A model generated the notes under the pieces. It saw nothing but the letters and a program-made list of their open reading frames with translations. It made no database searches and had not been told where the DNA came from. A stretch of DNA of 42,231 nt from Desulfobacterales bacterium. Lineage in GTDB: Bacteria > Desulfobacterota > Desulfobacteria > Desulfobacterales > UBA5852. Shown one piece after another: positions 34,373-42,231 of this stretch; the stretch's first letter is position 1, and each line of letters opens with the position of its first letter. Made by a program: the position numbers and the translations under genes. The stretch covers positions 1 through 42,231 of the forward strand of contig JASFFM010000001.1 in assembly GCA_050124295.1 (NCBI GenBank). The letters are read 5' to 3'.

Positions 34373-35251
34373 TTAGACAATCAGTTTTGCCTTAAAAACC
34401 TGCCAGTCAGTATGTGTCGCCAGACGCTGACGGGCGTTCCGGGCCTCATCGGCCGATGCAAACAGGCCAAATACGGAAGATCCGCTCCCGGACATGAGGG
34501 CACCCAAGGCCCCTAGACGATTCAATTCATTTTTGATCAATGCGATATCCGGGCACCGGTGGATGGCAACCGATTCCAGATCGTTGCATAGGTGAGCGGT
34601 CACATCAAAGTTGTCACGTTTTAAAAGGAACCCTTTAAGTTTTTTTTCACAGTTTGTCAATCTTAAATTCAGGGCGCGGTAGATCTCACCGGTGGCCAGA
34701 CCTTGCCCCGGAAAAACCACCAGCAGGTGATAAGACGACAAACCGTACCAAGGGGTCAAACGCTCCCCGATGCCGGTGGCCAAGGCCGGCTGGCCGGAGA
34801 GGAAAAAGGGGACATCCGCCCCCATTCGGAGCGCCAGACGCGCCAGGTACTCCGGCGGCAGGGGCGCAGGCGCGTTGTCGTTCAGGGCCTTGAGGACGGT
34901 TGCCGCGTTGCTGCTGCCGCCGCCGAGACCTGCCCCCGCCGGTATGGCTTTATGCAGATGGATCACAAGTCCGCGAAAAGGGGAGGCGCCCCATTGATCC
35001 CGATAGGCATCCCGGAAGATAAGCGCGGCCTGGAAAGCCAGATTGGATTCATCATTCGGAATCCCCGGCGCATCACATTGCAGACGGATAGCATCCCCGC
35101 TGAAGGTCAACACCATTCGGTCGTGGAGATCAATGCAGGCCATCAAGGTGGCCAGCTCATGATAGCCGTCCGGGCGCCGTCCGGTAACCGAGAGAAACAG
35201 ATTGACCTTGGCTGGAGAGAGCAGATCGCGTGTTGGGACGTTGATTGTCAT
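34373..35251 (-). CDS. ispE: 4-diphosphocytidyl-2-C-methyl-D-erythritol kinase
   Basis: SPAKVNLFLSVTGRRPDGYHEL and GHMP kinase motif IPAGAGLGGGSSNAA. Start trimmed to the ATG at 35251 (MTINVP). Confidence 0.92.
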   Translation of the reverse strand: MTINVPTRDLLSPAKVNLFLSVTGRRPDGYHELATLMACIDLHDRMVLTFSGDAIRLQCDAPGIPNDESNLAFQAALIFRDAYRDQWGASPFRGLVIHLHKAIPAGAGLGGGSSNAATVLKALNDNAPAPLPPEYLARLALRMGADVPFFLSGQPALATGIGERLTPWYGLSSYHLLVVFPGQGLATGEIYRALNLRLTNCEKKLKGFLLKRDNFDVTAHLCNDLESVAIHRCPDIALIKNELNRLGALGALMSGSGSSVFGLFASADEARNARQRLATHTDWQVFKAKLIV

Positions 35252-35405
35252 GCAAAACCCGAGCGGCCACATCAACCCTGCGCGCCCTGGGACCGTGAGG
35301 ACGCTCTGCGGGGCGGACGGGTCAAGGCGCCAATGGCGATGACCATGTCTGATTGGACACCATCGCACACCGGTGAAAGGGAAAACCAAATCCCTTTAGC
35401 GATGG

Positions 35406-35777
35406 TTACCCCTTTTCCTTTACGTAGAGCATCCGCAGGTCATAGAGGATACTTTTGAGCATGTTCGCTTCATCCACGCTCAGGTTGCCCTGCGTTTTTT
35501 CTTCCAGCATGCCGAGCACATCGATGGTCTGTTTGGCCAAGGCCAGGTTGGTGCTTTTTTCATTCGTCGTCGGGTCGGCCAGAACGCCCAGTTGCACCAG
35601 AGCGGAAGAATTCAGGGAAATCACAAAGGTGGAAAAATCAATTTTCGGCAGATGGGCGTCTTCATCTTCTTGCTGGTAGGCGTGTTTGGCGCGTGCAGCC
35701 TCTGAATCGGTGGTTTTTTCGGCCCCCGAATCAGGCGGCGGGTCCTTGAGGACGAAGTCTTTGGGATCTTCGGTCAT
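35406..35777 (-). CDS. DUF1844-family small acidic protein
   Basis: IDFSTFVISLNSSALVQLG...AKQTIDVLGMLEEKTQGNL matches my memory of the DUF1844 pattern. The ATG at 35777 is preceded by GGGAGAAG. Confidence 0.65.
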   Translation of the reverse strand: MTEDPKDFVLKDPPPDSGAEKTTDSEAARAKHAYQQEDEDAHLPKIDFSTFVISLNSSALVQLGVLADPTTNEKSTNLALAKQTIDVLGMLEEKTQGNLSVDEANMLKSILYDLRMLYVKEKG

Positions 35778-35872
35778 ATTGTCTTCTCCCTGTCTATGTC
35801 GGTTTAGGTCCATTTTGCTGTGGCCATGTTCGCCTGCTACCCTGCCGGATACAGGCGGACAGCCCTGCGAGC

Positions 35873-37468
35873 TTAACCCCGGCACTCCGTAAACTCCAGC
35901 GGCGTGACCGTTTTAACCAGGGGTAACGCGCGCAGCTCCTGGAGCACATTTTCCGGAATGCGGGTATCCGTGCTCAGGAAAATAATGTTGTGGTTGCCCT
36001 CCTCTTCCTGCCCCACCTGCATGCGTGCAATATTGATGTCGTGATTGCCCAGCGTGGTACCGATACTGCCGATGGCGCCGGGTTGATCGAGATTCTGGAT
36101 GATCGCCATATGTCCCAGGGGAATGATCTCCAGCCGAAAATTGTTGATCCGCACGATACGCGATTCCTGCTTGCCATAAATCGTGCCGGCCAGGGTGCAC
36201 TCCATTTCCGTGGTCACGACCCGCACGGTCACCAGGTTGAGAAACTCGTCTGACTCGGCGCTGGCCGTCTCACTGACCTTGATGCCGCGCTCCTTCGCCA
36301 GAATGGCCGCATTGACCGAATTGACATCGTCCTTTACCGTCGGCGTGAGCAGGCCTTTTAGGATCGCCGTGGTGACCGGCGACAAGTCTAGCCCCTGGAA
36401 ATCGCCGGTATATTCAACCGCCACCTCTTTGAGGGCGCCCCGAAACAACTGCGGCATCAGGCAGCCGATGCGATCGCCCAATTCCAGAAAAGGTTTCAAG
36501 CGCAACAGCAATTCCCCGGTGACCGAGGGTATGTTCACGGCATTGACCACGGTGCCGTTTTTGAGATAGCCCACCACCTGCTTGACCACCGCTACCGCAA
36601 CATTCGTCTGCGCCTCGCGTGTGGAGGCGCCCAGATGGGGGGTGCAGATGACGCGGTCGAGTTTGAGAAGCGGTGATTCCGAGGGGGGTTCCACCTCGAA
36701 GACGTCCAGCGCCGCCCCGGCCACCTTCCCCGCCACCATAGCGTCATAGAGATCGGATTCGTTGATAATGCCGCCGCGGGCACAGTTGACCAGCATGACG
36801 CCCTCCTTCATCTGGTCGAAGGCGGCCCTGTCAATCAGGCCGGCCGTATCCTTCAATTTAGGAACGTGGATCGTGATGAAATCCGACTGCTGGTAGATGG
36901 TCTCGAGGGTCACGGTTTCAAAACCGGCCTTTTGAATCCGCTCCGGATTGACATGGGGATCATGGACGATGACCTTGAAGCGCAATCCGCGGGCCCGGTC
37001 CGCCACGATCGAGCCAACCTTGCCAAAACCGATAATGCCCAGGGTCTTTCCGCATATTTCACGTCCCTGAAGTTTTTTCTTGTCCCATCGCCCGGCGCGC
37101 AACGAGGCGGTTCCCTGGGGCACGTTGCGGGCCAGGGCCATCGTCATGGCAATGGCATGCTCTGCCGTGGTGACAACATTACCATCAGGGGTGTTCATGA
37201 CAACCACACCGCGCTTGGTGGCAGCCTTGATATCGACATTGTCCAGGCCGATGCCGGCGCGTCCCACCACTCTGAGGCGTTGGGCGGCGGCCAGGAGATC
37301 TTGGTTTACTTTGGTGGCGCTGCGAATGATAAGGGCATCATATTCACCGATGATTTCTTGCAGTGCTTCGGGGGCGAGTCCCGTTCTAACATCCACGTCG
37401 ATACCCTGCTCCGCTTCCAGCATGCGTATGCCAACCTCCCCGAGATTGTCACTGACCAACACCTTCAT
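35873..37468 (-). CDS. serA: D-3-phosphoglycerate dehydrogenase (long form with C-terminal ACT domain)
   Basis: MKVLVSDNL, GRAGIGLDNVD, GIIGFGKVGS, then a C-terminal ASB/ACT-like region (HMAIIQNLDQPGAIGSIGTTLG). The ATG at 37468 follows GGAGG. Confidence 0.93.
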   Translation of the reverse strand: MKVLVSDNLGEVGIRMLEAEQGIDVDVRTGLAPEALQEIIGEYDALIIRSATKVNQDLLAAAQRLRVVGRAGIGLDNVDIKAATKRGVVVMNTPDGNVVTTAEHAIAMTMALARNVPQGTASLRAGRWDKKKLQGREICGKTLGIIGFGKVGSIVADRARGLRFKVIVHDPHVNPERIQKAGFETVTLETIYQQSDFITIHVPKLKDTAGLIDRAAFDQMKEGVMLVNCARGGIINESDLYDAMVAGKVAGAALDVFEVEPPSESPLLKLDRVICTPHLGASTREAQTNVAVAVVKQVVGYLKNGTVVNAVNIPSVTGELLLRLKPFLELGDRIGCLMPQLFRGALKEVAVEYTGDFQGLDLSPVTTAILKGLLTPTVKDDVNSVNAAILAKERGIKVSETASAESDEFLNLVTVRVVTTEMECTLAGTIYGKQESRIVRINNFRLEIIPLGHMAIIQNLDQPGAIGSIGTTLGNHDINIARMQVGQEEEGNHNIIFLSTDTRIPENVLQELRALPLVKTVTPLEFTECRG

Positions 37469-37530
37469 GCGCGCCTCCAATAATTTTAATAAACATTTCA
37501 ATTGGTTCCAAGAGGAAAAGAATGTTCGCC

Positions 37531-37559
37531 ATATTAGAGAAAATAAGCGGGGGTTTCAA
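37531..37559 (-). promoter_or_regulatory. Candidate sigma70-type promoter of serA (TTGAAA-17 nt-TAATAT on the minus strand)
   Basis: Minus-strand TTGAAA (37559-37554), 17-nt spacer, TAATAT (37536-37531). About 60 nt upstream of the serA ATG. Confidence 0.55.
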
Positions 37560-37632
37560 CAGGTTTTTTTCCTGCCCGCCGCCCTTGGCGTGCGGCCCTC
37601 GAATGGGGGGGACATGGGGATATCCTTGCCTA

Positions 37633-37661
37633 TTGCCAGGCGCTCAAGGGGAGCGTATGCT
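37633..37661 (+). promoter_or_regulatory. Candidate sigma70-type promoter of the HIBADH-family dehydrogenase gene (TTGCCA-17 nt-TATGCT)
   Basis: TTGCCA at 37633-37638 and TATGCT at 37656-37661, about 45 nt upstream of the ATG at 37705. Confidence 0.45.
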
Positions 37662-37704
37662 GGCTTCATTGGTGACCAGACCCTGCCATGAAAGGAGGAT
37701 TGCG

Positions 37705-38625
37705 ATGACGGACGCGCCAGGCAAAAAACATACGATCGGGTGGATTGGTACCGGTGTGATGGGACGCTGGATGTGCCAGCATCTTCTGGATCAAGGTTAT
37801 CGAGCGGTGGTGTCCAGTCGCACCCGATCCAAGGCCGAACCGCTGCTGACCGCCGGCGCAACCTGGGCTGAATCACCGGCGGAGGTCGCCCGACAGGTTG
37901 ACATTGTATTCACCATGGTCGGTTTTCCCCAAGACGTAAGAGAGGTTTATCTTGGCGCGCAAGGCATCCTGGCGGCAGCCCGGGAAGGGTTGCTGGCCGT
38001 TGATATGACCACCACCGAACCGAGCCTGGCGAAGGAAATCGATGCCGCCGCAAGTCCTCTGGGGGTCCGTACCATCGACGCCCCGGTCTCGGGGGGAGAT
38101 GTGGGAGCCCGCCAGGCCCAGCTGTCCATCATGGTCGGCGGGGATCGGGAATCTTTTCAGGAAGTCCTGCCGATGCTTGAAAGCATGGGCAAGCAGATCG
38201 TTCACCAAGGGCCTGCGGGGGCTGGCCAGCACACCAAAATGTGCAATCAGATCGTGATTGCCGGCACCATGATCGGCGTTTGCGAATCCCTGCTGTATGG
38301 CTTTCGCGCCGGTCTGGACCTCGATCAGGTCCTGGCCAGCATTTCCGACGGCGCGGCCGGGTGCTGGGCCCTGACGAATTTAGCCCCGCGCATTCTACAA
38401 CGCAACTTTGATCCGGGCTTTTATGTGGCCCATTTTATCAAGGATATGGGTATCGCCCTGGCGGAAGCCCGCCGCATGCGGCTTTGCCTGCCGGGCCTGG
38501 CGCTGGTGCACCAGCTCTATCTGGCCGTCGAAGCCAACGGGGGGGCGCAAAACGGCACCCAGGCCCTGATACGGGCCCTCGAAAGCATGAGCGGGATTGA
38601 GGTTCAGGCGTCTTCTCAGCCGTAA
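37705..38625 (+). CDS. NAD(P)-dependent oxidoreductase of the 3-hydroxyisobutyrate dehydrogenase / 2-hydroxy-3-oxopropionate reductase family
   Basis: IGWIGTGVMGRWMCQHLL (GxGxxG), DAPVSGG, GAGQHTKMCNQ. Start trimmed to the ATG at 37705, preceded by AAAGGAGGA. Confidence 0.85.
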   Translation: MTDAPGKKHTIGWIGTGVMGRWMCQHLLDQGYRAVVSSRTRSKAEPLLTAGATWAESPAEVARQVDIVFTMVGFPQDVREVYLGAQGILAAAREGLLAVDMTTTEPSLAKEIDAAASPLGVRTIDAPVSGGDVGARQAQLSIMVGGDRESFQEVLPMLESMGKQIVHQGPAGAGQHTKMCNQIVIAGTMIGVCESLLYGFRAGLDLDQVLASISDGAAGCWALTNLAPRILQRNFDPGFYVAHFIKDMGIALAEARRMRLCLPGLALVHQLYLAVEANGGAQNGTQALIRALESMSGIEVQASSQP

Positions 38626-38639
38626 GCACGGCCTGATGC

Positions 38640-38670
38640 AAAAAAAGGCGGGTTTTCCGGCATACCCGCC
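38640..38670 (-). terminator. Intrinsic terminator of the mla operon; the hairpin is shared with the convergent dehydrogenase gene
   Basis: 7-bp stem GGCGGGT/ACCCGCC with a 10-nt loop. On the minus strand it is followed by a run of seven T (the A run at 38640-38646). There is no T tract on the plus strand. Confidence 0.7.
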
Positions 38671-38760
38671 CCTTGAAGGCACGCGTCTATTCGGTCACCG
38701 ATCCACGTGGCGTGCCTTGAATCGTGGTCGACGGATCGATACCGGCGACCACCAGGTGAC

Positions 38761-39393
38761 CTATCCCTGGGCAAATTTCGCTTCCTGCTCGATCACCTTT
38801 TGCTTCAGCCGTTCGATCAGCTGATCCGGCGTTTCCTTGGATAAGATCTCCTTGAACTGGGAGCGGTAATTCTTTACCAGACTGACCCCTTCCACCTTCA
38901 CGTCATACACGCGCCAGGCCCCGTCTTTCTTCATCAGGCTGTAATCGACAGGGATGCGGTTGCGGGAAGACACGATGAAGGTGGATACCCGGGCCAGAGG
39001 TTTGGACTCGTGGATGGTCTCTTTACCAAATTCGATGGATTCGTCGCTATAGCCCCCCTGGATGCGATCCACATAAATATTGCCCAGTAACTCGGAGAAG
39101 ACCTGGGCAAATTCCGCCTGCTGGGCGTCATCAAATTTTCGCCAGTTGCGGGCCAGGGTACGCTTCGAGACCTCGCTGAAATCAAACACGGGCGCCACAA
39201 TGGCCCAAAATTCCTCGCGCTGCTGGGCCTTTAACTGGGCATCGTCGGAGTTGTATTTGGGATCCCGTAAAAGGGCCAGGGCCTCGTCCATGGGGGCCTT
39301 TAGCATATCGGACGGTTCACCGGCCGCCGCCGGCAGGCTGAATAGCAACAGCAGCATAGCAAAAGCCAATATCAGGCTGGATCGTTTTATCAT
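38761..39393 (-). CDS. mlaC: Periplasmic phospholipid-binding protein MlaC (Ttg2D/toluene tolerance family)
   Basis: Signal peptide MIKRSSLILAFAMLLLLFSLPAAAG. FDFSEVSKRTLARNWRKF...QQAEFAQVFSELL pattern of MlaC. Operon context with mlaEFD. Confidence 0.85.
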   Translation of the reverse strand: MIKRSSLILAFAMLLLLFSLPAAAGEPSDMLKAPMDEALALLRDPKYNSDDAQLKAQQREEFWAIVAPVFDFSEVSKRTLARNWRKFDDAQQAEFAQVFSELLGNIYVDRIQGGYSDESIEFGKETIHESKPLARVSTFIVSSRNRIPVDYSLMKKDGAWRVYDVKVEGVSLVKNYRSQFKEILSKETPDQLIERLKQKVIEQEAKFAQG

Positions 39394-39554
39394 TGTCGGT
39401 CTCCTATCTTGAATTCGGTTCAGGCAATCAATGGACAGCGGGGTTATAGCAAGTCGGGGGGCATCTTACAAGGGGTGTCGCGCCTTTGGCCATTGGGGCA
39501 TAAGGCCACCCGATCGGGCGCGTGGGGGAGGACAAAAATCACCCCCCAAGCTCC

Positions 39555-40001
39555 TCAGACGCCGCCAAAAACATATTTGCTGATCAATTCTTCGATATCC
39601 ACGGCGGATTCCGTTTCGTAGATGGTGTCCCCGGCTTTCAGGACCAGATCGGAGCCCCCCGGACTCAATCGGATATACTTGTCACCGATCAGTCCCGCGG
39701 TCTTGACCGATGCGATCGTATCATCGCTAAGGGTGACATTGCCTTGAATTTTGATCTGCACGCGGGCCACCTGCTGTTCCGTATCCAGGACGATGGCTTC
39801 CACTTCACCGATGGGCACGCCGGCCATTTCCACCCGGGCGCCCTCTTTCAAGCCGGTCACGGACTCGAACTGGGCTTGCAGAGCATAATAATCCTGGCCC
39901 ATGATTTCCATCTTGCCCAGCTTTATGGTGAGGTAGCCGACACACAAGATCCCAATAAAGACAAACAGGCCAACCGCCACTTCAATCGACGTTTTTTTCA
40001 T
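39555..40001 (-). CDS. mlaD: MCE-domain protein MlaD
   Basis: N-terminal TM helix (IEVAVGLFVFIGILCVGYL), then an MCE fold pattern (FESVTGLKEGARVEMAGVPIGEV). ATG at 40001 after GGAG. Confidence 0.88.
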   Translation of the reverse strand: MKKTSIEVAVGLFVFIGILCVGYLTIKLGKMEIMGQDYYALQAQFESVTGLKEGARVEMAGVPIGEVEAIVLDTEQQVARVQIKIQGNVTLSDDTIASVKTAGLIGDKYIRLSPGGSDLVLKAGDTIYETESAVDIEELISKYVFGGV

Positions 40002-40015
40002 GGCTTCACTCCGAG

Positions 40016-41224
40016 CTAACAAATACTGAATTGATAGAAAATCTCTTTATGCGCGAGGGCCTGGGCCAGGGATGCCTCTGAATGGACCTGGCCATCGACC
40101 TCCGCAAAGCCGGCACTGATGGCCATGCAATCTCCCGGACGTGACTGAATGTCCACCAGTTCGTGGCCCTTCAGGGCGCGTCCCAGCTTGGCGCAGACCA
40201 TCTTGGCCTGGGCCAGGCTGGTATACGGAAGCAGCAGCAGGATGGCGCCCGGCCCGATCAGGGTGCAGGTATCGGTGATCCGCAATTGACGCTGCACGCG
40301 ATCGGCAAAGCGCTGGACCACGCCCTGGGCTTCGATATCGCTGGCGGACAGGAGATCGGTCAGGTTCTCGATCGTCAGCACGACCAGCGCATACGGCACC
40401 TTGTGACGTTGCATACGCGCGATTTCGCCACTGAAATGCGCCTCCCAGGATCCGCTGCGGATGCTGTCCGAGGATTCGGCAGGCGCATTCTCGAACCCTT
40501 GAATGAACTCGAGCACCACCGGATCGGACAGGCGTTGCAGTTCGCTGGGGGCCCCGGCATAGATAATGCGTCCTTCATGCAGCATGGCAATCCGCTGGGA
40601 AAAATAGAATACATCCGGGATGTCATGGCTGATCAAAACTGCTGTAAATCCAAGCTTCTGTTGGTATTTAGAAATCATGCCGTGGACATTGTTTTTGCGA
40701 ATCGGGTCAAGTCCGGTGGTTGGCTCATCGAAAAGAACGACTTGCGGATCGGTTACCAAGGCCCGGGCCAAGGCCACGCGCTTCTTCATCCCCCCCGATA
40801 GCTGCGAGGGATACTCATCATCGATGTCCCCCAGATCCAGTTCGCGCATGCGGGCCTGCACGCGGGCTTGAACCTCGTCCGCTTTTAATCCACCGCGCTC
40901 CTGAATCGGCAAAGCGATATTTTCGTTCACGGTCATCGAATCGAAAAGGGCCGAATCCTGGAACATATAGCTAAATCGTCGCCGCAGGGCTCTGCGCGCC
41001 CGTCCCTTGAGATCGGTCAGATTCTGGCCATCAATCCAAATACGACCGGCATCGGGTTCCAACAGCCCGATGATGTGTTTCAGCAAAACGCTCTTGCCCC
41101 CGCCACTTTTACCGATAATCGTGGTGATCTGACCCTGGTAGATGTCCAGGTCGATGCCCCGCAAAACAGGATTGTCGTCGAATGATTTGGTGACGCCTTC
41201 AAATTGGATGAATGGTGTCTTCAT
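40016..41224 (-). CDS. mlaF: MlaF-type ABC ATPase with a C-terminal degenerate GGDEF-like domain
   Basis: Walker A GKSGGGKS, signature LSGGMKKRVALARAL, Walker B VVLFDEPTTGLD, H-loop ISHD. Residues about 258-402 are colinear with a GGDEF domain, but GGDEF is replaced by GPGAI and RxxD is retained (RITD). Confidence 0.85.
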   Translation of the reverse strand: MKTPFIQFEGVTKSFDDNPVLRGIDLDIYQGQITTIIGKSGGGKSVLLKHIIGLLEPDAGRIWIDGQNLTDLKGRARRALRRRFSYMFQDSALFDSMTVNENIALPIQERGGLKADEVQARVQARMRELDLGDIDDEYPSQLSGGMKKRVALARALVTDPQVVLFDEPTTGLDPIRKNNVHGMISKYQQKLGFTAVLISHDIPDVFYFSQRIAMLHEGRIIYAGAPSELQRLSDPVVLEFIQGFENAPAESSDSIRSGSWEAHFSGEIARMQRHKVPYALVVLTIENLTDLLSASDIEAQGVVQRFADRVQRQLRITDTCTLIGPGAILLLLPYTSLAQAKMVCAKLGRALKGHELVDIQSRPGDCMAISAGFAEVDGQVHSEASLAQALAHKEIFYQFSIC

Positions 41225-41227
41225 GGC

Positions 41228-42028
41228 TTAGAGTAATAACGATGTCAGGATGTAATTGGTTACCAGCACCAGAACGCTGGAGAGGACCACCGCCGAAGTG
41301 GTCGAGATGCTGACACCCTTGGCGCCGAAATTATCCCCCTCGTGGGTGTAGTAGCCCTTGAAACAGCAAACCGTTATCAGAACGACGGCAAACACCAGGG
41401 ATTTGATAAACCCGCCCGTGACGTCCTCCATCTTGATGCTCGATTCAATCCGGGCGAAATAGATACCCGAGTCGATTCCCAGCAGGACAACGCCGGTCAG
41501 ATACCCTCCGATAATGCCCACCACGTCGGCCATGGCCGTCAGCAGGGGCATGCTGATCAGCGCGGCCGCCAGTTTGGGGCTCACCAGGAAGCGAATCGGA
41601 TCGATGTCCATGGTTTGCAGGGCATCGATTTGCTCGGAAATGCGCATGATACCCAGTTCGGCCGCCATGGCCGACCCCGCCCGTCCAATCAGCATGATGG
41701 CCGTCAATACGGGGCCCAATTCGCGAATCAAGGTCAGCGCCACCGCGGCCCCCAGGACACCTTCGGAGCCAAATTTGACCAGTGTGTAATAGCCATGCAG
41801 GCCCAAGACCATACCAATAAAAATGGCGGTCAGGCAGATGACCGAGACCGACTTCATACCAATGAAGTAAATCTGCTGAATCGTTTTACTCACCGGCGGG
41901 GGCCAGGTGAAAATCAGATAAAAGCTTTGCAGAAAAAACAAGGCATAGCGGCCCAGCCGACGCAGTCGGGCAATGACCATTTGCCCGAGCCAGGATAGCG
42001 GCAATAGGGGAAGGATCGGCGCGTTCAT
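41228..42028 (-). CDS. mlaE: ABC transporter permease MlaE
   Basis: Polytopic protein with the LIRELGPVLTAIMLIGRAGSAMAAELGIMRISEQIDAL motif typical of MlaE. Start trimmed to the ATG at 42028. Confidence 0.9.
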   Translation of the reverse strand: MNAPILPLLPLSWLGQMVIARLRRLGRYALFFLQSFYLIFTWPPPVSKTIQQIYFIGMKSVSVICLTAIFIGMVLGLHGYYTLVKFGSEGVLGAAVALTLIRELGPVLTAIMLIGRAGSAMAAELGIMRISEQIDALQTMDIDPIRFLVSPKLAAALISMPLLTAMADVVGIIGGYLTGVVLLGIDSGIYFARIESSIKMEDVTGGFIKSLVFAVVLITVCCFKGYYTHEGDNFGAKGVSISTTSAVVLSSVLVLVTNYILTSLLL

Positions 42029-42231
42029 GGTTTTCCATTTCGGGAAATCATTACGGGTGCCAGGCCCCGCCACCGTCCGTTGCACGGATACGGAGCACCG
42101 TCAAATCCATATGGACAGGGTCGCTGTCGCCACCCACCGGGTTACCGTTCATTGAGTCGACAGGAGAAAGGCCGTGCAGAGGTTTTGTTTGGGGCCCGAA
42201 TCAAATTACGGGCGCCAAAAAAAACATATCT

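Noticed and set aside
1-42231. CRISPR arrays, IS elements, prophage or defence-island content
   Set aside because: By eye I saw no spaced direct-repeat arrays, no transposase, integrase or recombinase-like ORFs and no long inverted terminal repeats. Gene content is core housekeeping throughout.

Overview
GC-rich core chromosomal region, probably from a Desulfobacterota (deltaproteobacterial, sulfate-reducer-like) genome; the taxon is an inference from gene content. I found no CRISPR array, transposase, integrase or prophage signal. Left to right: (1) a purH locus on the minus strand, split into separate IMP-cyclohydrolase and AICAR-formyltransferase genes, followed by an HD-domain hydrolase. 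(2) A complete, tightly packed dcw cell-wall and division cluster on the plus strand, mraZ-rsmH-ftsL-ftsI-murE-murF-mraY-murD-ftsW-murG-murC-ftsQ-ftsA-ftsZ, behind an AT-rich promoter island. There is no murB or ddl in it. (3) A large radical SAM gene. (4) An rnf-type operon, multiheme cytochrome c plus rnfCDGEAB. (5) A minus-strand housekeeping block: rluD, carD, hppA, pth, rplY, prs, tRNA-Gln, ispE, DUF1844, serA. (6) A plus-strand HIBADH-family dehydrogenase. (7) A minus-strand mlaE-mlaF-mlaD-mlaC lipid-transport operon. Two things stand out. First, the Rnf complex is atypical: RnfB is fused to a GltD/NfnB-like FAD-NAD(P)H oxidoreductase, RnfC has lost the canonical NADH/FMN motifs, and RnfD lacks the flavinylated threonine. 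Second, MlaF carries a C-terminal degenerate GGDEF domain that keeps an RxxD I-site, which suggests c-di-GMP control of phospholipid transport. All homology calls come from motif recognition by eye and need HMM or BLAST confirmation.
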